From Octopus vulgaris (taxonomy: Eukaryota), in the NCBI GenBank assembly GCA_951406725.2, contig OX597816.1:131936001-132000000 (forward strand): a stretch of 64,000 nt of DNA. The letters run 5' to 3'. Every line of letters starts with the position of its first letter. The first letter of the stretch is position 1. Positions 11,561-22,183 of the stretch are shown here, piece after piece. The translations under genes were made by a program, and so were the position numbers. The notes beneath the pieces were generated by a model. That model was given only the letters and a program-made list of their open reading frames with translations, did not search any database and was not told the origin of the DNA.

Positions 11561-12629
11561 TTAGCCACAAGAGTACTATCTTAATAAGCCGACAACAGAG
11601 GAAAACCTCCCTCCAGTAGCAGGCATAGCCATATCACTAGTGATTTCAAATATTGATGCAGAGCATCTTAATTCTCTTCAGTGGCTAGTGTTAAGCTCAA
11701 TTGACTTCATCAACTTTCAAAATTCAAAATCACTAGTGATATGGCTATATTATTTATAGCTTTCACTTCTACCATTTTTGAAATCAACATGTTTTCAATA
11801 GGTTTTCTTATAAGTTGATGAGGTGAGTTGAGCTTAACCCAAGGGAGGTTTGCCTCCCTTGTCAGCTTATTAAGATAGTGCTCTTGTGGCTAATGAGCCA
11901 TTTTTACTTTTATCTCTAGCAATGCCAGTACCAGTTTGTACCCTCTGTCACCTTAGTGACATATATATCTATATATATAGTTGGCTCCTCCTCATTTTCA
12001 AGTATTTCATTCTTCATGGAAGAAAAGTGGCATGGTTTTGGTTAGTGTTCATGCTGACTTGCCAGAAAGTGGCCCATACACTAGTCTCAAAGACATTCTT
12101 TGTGCTACATGTGAAATGGGACATGCAACATCAGGCAACAAAACTGCAATTGACTTCTATTGCCCAGGGAGTGCTTGAATAGTGCTTTCATCTGGCATTC
12201 CTCTCTTCTGCCAGTTCAGCTATTGAGATTATAGGTCTTCATCCACTTCTGTCATTGGGAATGTGGGCTGTTTTTTCTATGTATAATTCTCTATACTCAC
12301 CCCGATTAGTGGAAACAAGCTCTCACAAAAGTTTTAGCTGGGGTGTTCTCGTTACAAAATCAGAGGTTCAGGTCTTTTGCTAAACATGATGACTCCCTAA
12401 GGCATGTGAGGACCAGTATCAGAGAAAAGGCTATATATTTGTACAAAGATGTGGAAGGCAAAAATGTAGTAATTTTTGATAAACAAAATTCTATTTTTTT
12501 CATACTCAAAAAACAAATACTGTAATTACTATGAACAACAAGATGTTGGGAGAGTTTGAATGTTATTATTCTTGATGTAATTGTGATAGTAGTCAAAAAT
12601 TTAGCTGCTGGTTGTTGTGTTGTTGTGAT

Positions 12630-13100
12630 CCAGGTGTCAGGGAATTTTTTTTTACCAATTACCCCTAAATATATTTATTTATGCCGATGTTACTCTCTTG
12701 ATTTGAAAGGAAGAAAATCAAAGATTCTTTGAATTCAAAAGGCTTATTTAATCTATTTATATGGAGAATACAATTACAAATATAAAAAGTATAAAACAAA
12801 TGTGATAAAATAGATTAATATCCTCATTATGAAACAAAAGGACTTTTCTAGAAACTTTTTCACTTCAGGTTTAGGAGAAAAGATGTTTCAGTTTTGCTAC
12901 AATTACATCAAAATTGGAGTATTTTGATGCCAGAGCAATTTGGATACAGTCTTTGAGGTCCAATCTATTACTCTGCTTTGATTTTATGTTCACTAGAGTG
13001 GAAAATCCTTGTATGCAAAGGTAGGTTGTTGCAAAAGGCAGCAACTTTTTGACTGCTTCCTCATACCAGAAGAAAAATTTCTGTTGTAACAAGGAACATG
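12630..13100 (-). mobile_element. hAT (Charlie/Buster-like) transposon 3' remnant
   Basis: ORF 12871..13092, AVKKLLPFATTYLCIQGFSTLVNIKSKQSNRLD, matches the hAT C-terminal dimerisation motif (PFxTTYLCExGFS...K.K.RNRL). Confidence 0.75.
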
Positions 13101-13749
13101 TTTTTTATATAATTTTACTAATGTCTAATGAGTCCTCATTACTCCAAAGAATTTAATTTTTACACCACTTGGAGTAATTAACCCCTGTTCACCAACTCCT
13201 GCTGTGATCAGTCAGTCATTGAAGTTGTTGTCACCTCAGGTCAGCATCTGTCTGCATCTGTTCGCCATCTGTCTGCCAGCTCATCTCTGCTGTCTTGCAA
13301 TGCTCTCTCTGTTACATCCCAAAGCTCTCTGTTAAGTAGCTAAGATGTGCTGAATATATACTGATGGATAGTCTCAGAGAGAAAGGTGCAAAAAAGTGGA
13401 ATCCTCACTAGAACCTATTCCACACGAAGTCGTGATTGGTTAGATTTTGCTGTTCACATGGCTAATATTCTGGTGAACCATGACACAGGATATAGTGATC
13501 TGACTGCTGAGCATTCCCACTATATATTGCATGTCAATCAGTGAATAGTACTACTTCAACACAGCCTTCACTGAAATCTACAAGTCTTTTTCATCCTCTC
13601 TCTGTTTATTTTCTCTTATTCCTTTCTGTTGAAGAGCATAAGCTTGAAATGTAAAAGACTTTTTCATTTTTCCCAAGCATCAAACTAATACATATGCTTG
13701 TTGTTCATACACCTGTCTTTGTCTTTTATTTTTCTATAAATTTCAACTG

Positions 13750-13765
13750 TATATTATATATATAA

Positions 13766-13811
<46 letters not shown>

Positions 13812-13838
13812 GATAGATAGAAAGAGAGATATAGATAG

Positions 13839-13876
<38 letters not shown>

Positions 13877-13913
13877 TGAGAGAGAGAGAGAACGATAGAT
13901 AGAAAGATAGATT

Positions 13914-14003
<90 letters not shown>

Positions 14004-14100
14004 TAGATAGATACAGAAAGATAGAAAAATAGATAGACATACATACATACATATATACATACATACATGCATACATAAAAACACATGCATGTATGTGCAT
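13750..14100. repeat. Compound (TA)/(GA)/(GATA)/(GACA)/(TACA) microsatellite
   Basis: Direct reading. Confidence 0.95.
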
Positions 14101-14532
14101 ATGTATCTACATTGTATGTATATTCAGTGGCATCACTTACTTTAAAGACAAGAGTCTACACTGGTAATTAAACAGTAATTATTTTCATTTCCTTAATCAC
14201 TAACAATCCATGCTGTACACAAAAAGGGAATTTTTATTGTCATGTGATGAAAGTTTAAATTTTAAGAATTTAATTTGTAGGAGGAAATTTCCGATAGCCT
14301 TTAGAATGTCATAAAAATAATTGTGACAGGGATGTTGTTTTACTCCACACCAGTCTTGATCAAATGGAACTTTAGCCAATGGCACTTCAGTTGTCATGAC
14401 GATTCCATATTTTTAAACATCTAGGAGTGTATTTACCAATGTTTTCCTTCTTATATATTTTTTAAGACAGTAAATATGTAATACCATTTCATATTTATTC
14501 TAGGAATACTCTCTCACTACTACTTACTCTCT

Positions 14533-14611
<79 letters not shown>

Positions 14612-15592
14612 GCCGCCGCCACCGTCACCACCACCACCACCACTACTACTAATACGGAGGAGTGGCAGGCAATGTAGTTCCCAGCTGAAAGTTTTCAGGC
14701 TTCTTCATTCTGAGTTCAAATCCTATTGACCCCCAACCTTGCTATTCCCATCTCTGGTACTGATAAAGTAAACACTAAACATGTTCTAGAGTTGATTCAA
14801 TTAACTATACTCACCACTACAAAAATATGTCATTATAATGAGTAGTAGCAGTCCCCTATATTGCCAGGATTTATTTATAGAAATTATGGGAAAATGTCAC
14901 AAAGAGTATGTCCTTATCCTTAAAAAGATATGCCTTTGTGTAAAATTTCAGTCTTAGGTGCAAAAATGTAGTCAACAACTTGCAATATGCATACATACAT
15001 TTATGTTTATACATTAAAATATCCTTTACTGACTTTAAAGAGAAACAGAGTGCATGTGTGTTCCCCTTCTGATTACCAACTAGTTTGAGGTTACCCATTT
15101 GTTATTATGTTTCTATTGAATTACACCCACCTTTTTAATTAATTTTGATAATAATTGATATTTATTAAAATAACTTTGTCATGATTAAGCTGGTGTTAGT
15201 AACATAATTTAACATGAAATTTTGATGACAGGCTCTAATTCATCATCATTTAGTGTCCATTTTCCATGTTGGCATGGGCTAGACCAGTAGTTCCCAGAAC
15301 ACACACACAGACATGCACACACATGCACACACACATTTGCATGCAACCATACACACACACTCACACACATATATATAGTCTTTATTTGTTATTCTTCACT
15401 AGCTTCAGCTCAAGAGCTGCAGCCATGCTGGGGCACCCCTTCATCAGTTGTTGGTTGCCCATCTACTCCTCATTTTGAGTATTGAATGACAATATGAGAC
15501 TTTAAAGGCAGATGCTCCTGCAAAAACAAAAATAAAATTTGGTATTTGTGGAGGGTCAAAGTTGATAACAAAAACAGGACAGTGGAAAAAAA

Positions 15593-15903
15593 ACAAGGAA
15601 ACTGAACGTAAACAAACATGGAGGGTCGTTAGACCAGATGAGGTAAAGTAGTGAACACTGGAGAAATATTGTCTTTGACAAGAGAAAAGATAGAAGAGAG
15701 AGATAGATAGGATACGGCCATCTTTCTTTTCCTCACATGATCATCTTTCTTTCCCTTCAGTGCTGTCACAGAGACTGCACGTATCCTATCTGTCTCTCTC
15801 TTCTATCTTTTCTCTTGACAAAAACAATATTGCTCCAGCGTTTGCTACTTTACCTCGTCTGGTCTAACGGCCCTCCATGTTTGTTTTCATTCGGTTTCCT
15901 TGT
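15593..15903. repeat. Fold-back element with ~124-bp imperfect inverted arms and a ~63-bp spacer
   Basis: 15593-15716 is the reverse complement of 15780-15903 (mirror sum 31496). Confidence 0.85.
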
Positions 15904-15929
15904 ATGTCTCCAGTGTATATATATATAGA

Positions 15930-16096
15930 CACAAGGGGCTTCTTTCAGTTTCTGTCTACCAAATCCACACACAAGGCTATGGTCGACCCAAGGCTATAGT
16001 AGAAGACATTTGCCCAGGATGCTACACAGTGGGACTGAACCTGGAACTATGTGGTTGGAAAGCAAGCTTCTTACTACACAGCCACTCCTGCACCTA
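15930..16096 (-). mobile_element. tRNA-derived SINE, 5' part
   Basis: Minus strand GGAGTGGCTGTGTAGTAAG...AGGTTCAGTCCC (A/B-box-like). Same family as 21270-21632, 54735-55055 and 62180-62395. Confidence 0.75.
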
Positions 16097-16100
16097 TATA

Positions 16101-17718
16101 CAGTTGCGGCCAAAATGTTCAGAACGGCATTGTTTTCGTCAGAAAAGTAGGTATAAGTTTTTATCAAAGTTGTTTTATATTCTATAATTTTCACAGACAA
16201 TAAATACAATATTAATTGTTATTGTCTAAGATTTTGGTGTAATTTGAGAGGATAATACAAAAGTTATGGATGATTTAGTGATTTACTGCAAAACCCATGG
16301 CGGACAAAATGATCAGAACGGTTGCTTTTTCTCCATGTTTTAGAATATTTAACCGGCGAACTCTAATGTTTTGAATTTGTTTACGTGACGGTTCGTTTAC
16401 TAAACATTAGTAAGAATATCTGCAGTGTACTTTGTTAATATGATGCCACTTACTCCGTTATCAATTCGTCAGCAGATTATTAAGCTTCGAAAGAAGGATA
16501 ATTTAAGTATTGGGTCTATTGCAAAGATTGTTAACAAGTCAAAAAGTGTTGTTCACGGTATTCTTAAGGTCTTCGATGATTGTGGTTCATGTGAAGCAAG
16601 AAAGTCTACAGATAGGCCAAGAAAAACGACCAAGAGAGAAGATCGTGCTATGGTAAAGTTGGTTAAAAAGGACAGATTTAAAACTGCTGCTGCTGTTTCT
16701 CGGGAAATGAGTATTGTACTGAAGAAAACGTTATTTTGAAAAACTTGTCTCATCCTTTAGTTGAACATAAGCTACAAGCAAGATCACCAGCAATGAAGAC
16801 ACTGATCAGCTCCAAAAATAAAAAGTGTCGTCTTACCTTTGCAACCGAACATGTGTTGTGGTCTCAAGAAAAATGGCAAACGGTGCATTTCAGTGATAAA
16901 TCTAAGTTTATGTTATTTGGCTCAGATGGGAAAAGGTACGTTCGTTGAAAAGTAGGTGAAAAATTGTCGCCTAAATGCCTTAAGACTAGTGTTAAATTTG
17001 GTAGAGGAAGTGTCATGGTTTGGGGGATGATATCTGGAGATGGTGTGGGCCCTTTGGTGCAATAACATGGAAAGGTAAATGCAGGAGTTTATAAATAACT
17101 TGTAAAAGATCATGTCTTGCCTGTGCTGAGAAATTCAACTAAGCGACCACCCATATTCATGCAGGACAATGTCACAAGGCTAAGGTGGTCATGAACTTCC
17201 TCAAAGCTGAAAAGGTTATTATTATGGATTGGCCTGCTCAAAGCCCAGATCTCAATCCTATTGAAAATGTGTGGAATATTCTAGGGGAACGTTCGAAAGC
17301 CAGAAATCCTAAAACAACCGAGCAATTATGGAATGCCCTTCAGGAAGAATGGAATAAGATCACCTAGCAAGAAATTGAAAATTTAATTTCCTCGTGCAGT
17401 CGAAGATGTCAAAGTGTGATTGAAGCTAAAGGGCTTCACACTAAATATTAAATAATTCCAGTATTCTCTGTCATTTTTGATTATTTTTTTATTTTTTCAA
17501 CCGTTCTGATCATATTGGCCGCCATGGGTTTTGAAGTAAATCACTAAATCATCCATAACTTTTGTATTATCCTCTCCAATTACACCAAAATTACACACAA
17601 TAACAATTAATATTGTATTTATTGTCTGTGAAAATTATAGAATATAAAACAACTTTGATAAAAACTTATACCTACTTTTCTGACGAAAATAATGCCGTTC
17701 TGAACATTTTGGCCGCAA

Positions 17719-17721
<3 letters not shown>
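16101..17721 (+). mobile_element. Tc1-family DNA transposon, full length, with ~220-bp IR/DR-type TIRs and a TA target duplication; transposase inactivated
   Basis: TA|CAGTTGCGGCCAAAATGTTCAGAACGG ... CCGTTCTGAACATTTTGGCCGCAAATG|TA. An inner direct repeat, CGGACAAAATGATCAGAACGG, lies at ~16301. Confidence 0.93.
16440..17450 (+). pseudogene. Tc1 DDE transposase, frameshifted with stops
   Basis: HTH region with RPRKTTKREDR, followed by FSDKSKF, MQDN and WPAQSPDLNPIENVW across ORFs 16425, 16736 and 17185. Confidence 0.9.
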
Positions 17722-17760
<39 letters not shown>

Positions 17761-17926
17761 GTTAAAGAGGACAACAAACCTTATATATCTGGTGCATTGT
17801 AAATCTGCAATGGCTTCATAACTACCATCTTGGCTATAACCTCTGAGCCCTAATAATCCATTACAGCACTTACCTAGCATACCTAATTGTTCAGATCACC
17901 TGTGAACTAAACCCCCATACTTTGTT

Positions 17927-17959
<33 letters not shown>

Positions 17960-17970
17960 GCATATGATTC

Positions 17971-18187
17971 AAAATGTGACCATGTGTGTACCGTTGGCGA
18001 TTTTATTTTTCCTCCATCTTCCCTTCTTTGGATCTTTCCTTTTCCTATGTTTCTGATGAAGAGCTCTGCTCGAAACGTTAAATCCTCCTTCTTCCTTTCC
18101 TTTCCTGAGCGTCCTATAACACTTTACTTGTTCTACGTCCTCGCGTTGTTGTATTTTCTCTTTGTGTTTTCATGTTTGGATTAACTT
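17971..18187 (+). mobile_element. ~210-bp (TA)n-embedded element with an HHR-like core (family B, copy 1)
   Basis: TTT-CTGATGA-a-GAGC(tct)GCTC-GAAA-CG-TT-AAA at ~18050-18082. Homologous copies at 21647-21859, 26452-26650 and 48877-49073; a degenerate copy at ~13600-13750. Confidence 0.7.
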
Positions 18188-18205
18188 TATATGTATATAT
18201 ACATA

Positions 18206-18263
<58 letters not shown>

Positions 18264-18266
<3 letters not shown>

Positions 18267-19246
18267 CAAAAGGGACATTAGCCATTTGAATGTGGCTAGG
18301 GACAGGGCAGGGCGGTGGGGGTGTTACTGATGCATTTAGCCCCAGGCGATCATCAACGTCACCAGATAGGCTTGACACCATCACGGTGTCCTCTATCCTG
18401 CAAAGGGAGATCATTCCCCGAAGAAGCGGATGCCACATACGGACCCAGGTTTCAAGGTGTTTGCCTCTCGTCAACGTATGGTAGGCACCGCCCCTCGACG
18501 AACGACTCTCTGTGCAGGATATTTATATATAGATTTTCACGTAAATACATTTACTGATTTCGAAAATCTGTTCGACAGCAATAATAATTCTCTAACAGAG
18601 AGTCGTTCATCGAGGGGCGGTGCCTACCATACGTTGACGAGAGGCAAACACCTTGAAACCTGGGTCCGTATGTGGCATCCGCTTCTTCGGGGAATGATCT
18701 CCCTTTGCAGGATAGAGGACACCGTGATGGTGTCAAGCCTATCTGGTGACGTTGATGATCGCCTGGGGCTAAATGCATCAGTAACATCCCCCCCGCCCTG
18801 TCCTGTCCCTAGCCCATTCAAATGGCTAATGTCCCTTTTGTTATGGAGCAGTTATTGTCTATATCTCGTTTAGAGAATTATTATTGCTGTCGAACAGATT
18901 TTCGAAATCAGTAAATGTATTTACGTGAAAATCTATATATAAATATCCTGCACAGAGAGTCGTTCATCGAGGGGCGGTGCCTACCATACATTGACGAGAG
19001 GCAAACACCTTGAAACCTGGGTCCGTATGTGGCATCCGCTTCTTCGGGGAATGATCTCCCTTTGCAGGATAGAGGACACTGTGATGGTGTCAAGCTTATC
19101 TGGTGACGTTGATGATCGCCTGGGGCTAAATGCATCAGTAACACCCCCACCGCCCTGCCCTGTCCCTAGCCACATTCAAATGGTTAATGTCCCTTTTGTT
19201 ATGGAGCAGTTACTGTCTATATCTCGTTTAGAGAATTATTATTGCT
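18264..19246 (+). mobile_element. Retrozyme-like non-autonomous element: ~1.8 tandem copies of a 357-bp HHR-containing unit preceded by an inverted copy
   Basis: Inverted arm at 18264-18595 and direct tandem at 18596-19246 with period 357. Each unit has an HHR; (TA)n lies on both sides; no coding signal. Confidence 0.85.
18628..18672 (+). ncRNA. Type I hammerhead ribozyme (also 18985-19029 on + and 18436-18480 on -)
   Basis: CATACG-TTGACGA-GAGG(caaaca)CCTT-GAAA-CCtgGG-TC-CGTATG. GUC cleavage triplet; the C3U variant is present in all three copies. Confidence 0.8.
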
Positions 19247-19263
19247 ATATATATATATATATA

Positions 19264-19930
19264 TATTACTGATGAAGGCCAGTTTATAGGATTACCCTGG
19301 GTTTCTCATCATAAAGGGTACCTTTATGGTGTATCTTCAGACCCTCAGACCTGTTGGCTTGTGGCCTCTTTAAAATATGGAGAGGAAAATGATACAAATA
19401 TAAACAAGGGGCTTATCTCCCTTTGCTGCTGGTCATCAGCTTCTGGCCATGTCGTCCTCCTTCAGCCACACCACTCGTCAGCTATGAGGGTAAACGGTAG
19501 GGGGTTATCTCCTACTCTCATCAGCAATCAATTTCCAGCTGTGGTGTTATTATTGTTAATACCGCTATTATCGCTATTATTCGGGAACCACATAATAGCG
19601 ATAATAGCAGTATTAGCGATAATTACACCACAGCTGCAAATTGATTGCTGATGAGAGTAGGAGATAACCCTCATAGCCGACAGGTGGCGTAGCTGAAGGA
19701 ACCAATGACCAGCAGCAAAGGGAGACAATTGTTTATATCGTTTCCCTCTCTGTATTTTAAACAGGCCACAGGCCAACAGGTCTTAGGGTCTGAAGGTATG
19801 CCATAAAGGTACCCTTTATGGAAAGAAACCCAGGGTAACCCTATAAACTGGCCTTCACCAGTAATAAATATAGACTGCTCTACTTCTTAGAGTGTGCTTC
19901 TCCGGATTTATGTTTTTCTAAAACAATGAT
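19264..19930. mobile_element. ~600-bp fold-back element with an HHR in each arm
   Basis: Arms are symmetric about ~19585. Plus-strand HHR at 19784-19843: TAGGGT-CTGAAGG...CCATAAAG(gtacc)CTTTATGG...GAAA-CCCaGGG-TA-ACCCTA. The minus-strand copy at ~19287-19346 has CTGAAGA. Confidence 0.8.
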
Positions 19931-19966
19931 ATATATATACACACATATAGAGAGATATATATACAA

Positions 19967-20015
<49 letters not shown>

Positions 20016-21004
20016 TATGAGGTGCATTTATGAGTGCATGTGGGTATTTTATGGGCTCCACCAGTTACTACTTGTATATATAGGTATGCGTGTATCTATG
20101 TCTTTAATTTTATTGTTTTTTAGCATTCTGTTATTATGATTATTCTATGTAAATTTTATTTGTACTCTTTATTTTACTTTATTTTATTTTTATTTTATTT
20201 TTACCTGTATTGTTTATTGTCCTTTATTTCCTTGCTTGCCCTTACAGCATATAGGCTAACTCATTGAGCTACCCAGTCTATTTTAACTAATAACTGATGC
20301 CATTGCCTGAAACCTTTGGCTTCCTAAGGCTAGGATGTGAGTTTTTTTCATCTTTCTCTATCTGCTGGAGGTGTGGACAGATTTATTACCTCATATAGTT
20401 TACATAGAAATAACATTCCCCAGCAATGAGATGAGTGAGTCAATTTACATTCTTTTCTCTTTGGGTGATAAATTCTAAATGTTAAATTTTTAATTTAATT
20501 TTAATTCACCTGAAGAAAATGGGTTTTTTGCATGATACTCATCCATAAAAGGTATGTCTGAAGCAGCTGTACTGAACCTCTGCCCATTTGTGTTATTGTG
20601 TGTGTGTGTGAATGTATTTATATATGCATTCACAAACAAACATGCATACCGCATATTTATAGTGATCCAGTTGTATATTACTCCATAGTTTAAAACTCAC
20701 ATATAGTATGCAGTCAGTTCATGTTACTCATAGTTTCAAATTTACTGAAAAAAAGAAGAAAAGATGACTGAGCTCACTCTCACCAAGCTTGGGTAACTTG
20801 TACACCTACCTCAAATCAACCAAGTCAGATAATCATGAACTCTGCCTCATTGACTGCCTATGAAGGAATTTGGAAAAAATATGACTTAACTCTACTTTTA
20901 TTATATTGAGTGCTGTGCACTTTGTTATATGAATCTTGTTTAATCATACATACACTCACACACATATGCATATATGTGTGAATGTGTGCATGTATATACA
21001 TGTG

Positions 21005-21061
<57 letters not shown>

Positions 21062-21120
21062 GTGTGTGTGTATATATGTATATATATCTATATATGTGTG
21101 TGTGTGTATATATGTATATA

Positions 21121-21158
<38 letters not shown>

Positions 21159-21269
21159 CATGTATATATATTAATTCATAATAGAATATAAGGATAAAAT
21201 CATGTTAATGATCAGGTAGTCAGCATGCTATATATACCTATAAATTTATGTATACCGATATATATCTAT

Positions 21270-21632
21270 ATACTCTTTTACTTGTTTCAGTCACTTGACT
21301 GGAGCACCACCTTTAGTTGAGCAAACTGACCCCAGGACTTATTCTTTGTAAGCCTAGTACCTATTCTATCAGTCTCTTTTAAACATACAAGCATTGGTTG
21401 TCAAGCGATGTTAGGGGGGGCAAACACAGACACATAAACACACATACACACATATATATATATATACGGCAGGCTTCTTTCAGTTTCCGTCTACCAAATC
21501 CACTCACAAGGCTTTGGTCGGCCAGAGGCTATAATAGAAGACACTTGCCCAAGGTGCCACGCAGTGGGACTGAACCCAGAACCATGTGTTTGGTAAGCAA
21601 GGTACTTACCACACAGCCACTCCTGTGCCTAT
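21270..21632 (-). mobile_element. tRNA-derived SINE, near full length
   Basis: Head GGAGTGGCTGTGTGGTAAG...GGTTCAGTCCCACTGCGTGGCACCTTGGGCAAGTG, internal (TA)/(TG) tract, tail ...GACTGAAACAAGTAAAAGAG. Further partial copies at ~3655-3870, 8890-9125 and 35480-35660. Confidence 0.8.
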
Positions 21633-21646
21633 GTATATATATATAT

Positions 21647-21859
21647 AAAATGTGACCACGTGTGTACCGTTGGCGATTTTTTTTCCTCCGTCTTCGCTTC
21701 TCTGAATCTTTCCTTTTCCTATGTTTCTGACGAAGAGCTCCGCTCGAAACGTTAAACCCTCCTTCTTCCCTTCCTTCCTGAGTGTCAAATAATACTATAT
21801 TTGTTCCATGTCCTCGCAATGTTGTGTTTTCTCTTTGTGTTTTCATGTTTGGATTAACT
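21647..21859 (+). mobile_element. HHR-like family B, copy 2
   Basis: GTTT-CTGACGA-a-GAGC(tcc)GCTC-GAAA-CG-TT-AAAC at 21723-21757. Confidence 0.7.
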
Positions 21860-21884
21860 ATTTATATATATGTATGTATATATA

Positions 21885-22041
21885 CTTTATTTAAAAGCAG
21901 CAGAATATAACAAAAGCTGTTATTCAGAGTTTCACGTAATGATCATTATTGCTGTTCTATTTTAACAAAACTGTACGACGAACGGGAACATGAAACTCTG
22001 AATAACAGCTTTTGTTATATTTCTGCTGCTTTTAAATAAAG
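21885..22041. repeat. Short fold-back with a degenerate HHR
   Basis: Arms ~21885-21937 and ~21988-22041. CTGT-aCGACGA-ac(gggaac)at-GAAA-CTCtGAa-TA-ACAG at 21971-22008. Confidence 0.65.
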
Positions 22042-22151
22042 CGTATTACTCTACCTTTGGTATTTGAGTACTCTTTTTCCACCATGTTTCATATTTATGT
22101 GCTTACTCCAGTATATATATGTATATATACATATATATATATATACATATA

Positions 22152-22183
<32 letters not shown>

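Noticed and set aside
18187-19272. Repeated ORFs (MTRGKHLETW..., MWLGTGQGGG...)
   Set aside because: Short, present on both strands and without recognisable motifs; better explained by the non-coding HHR repeat unit.
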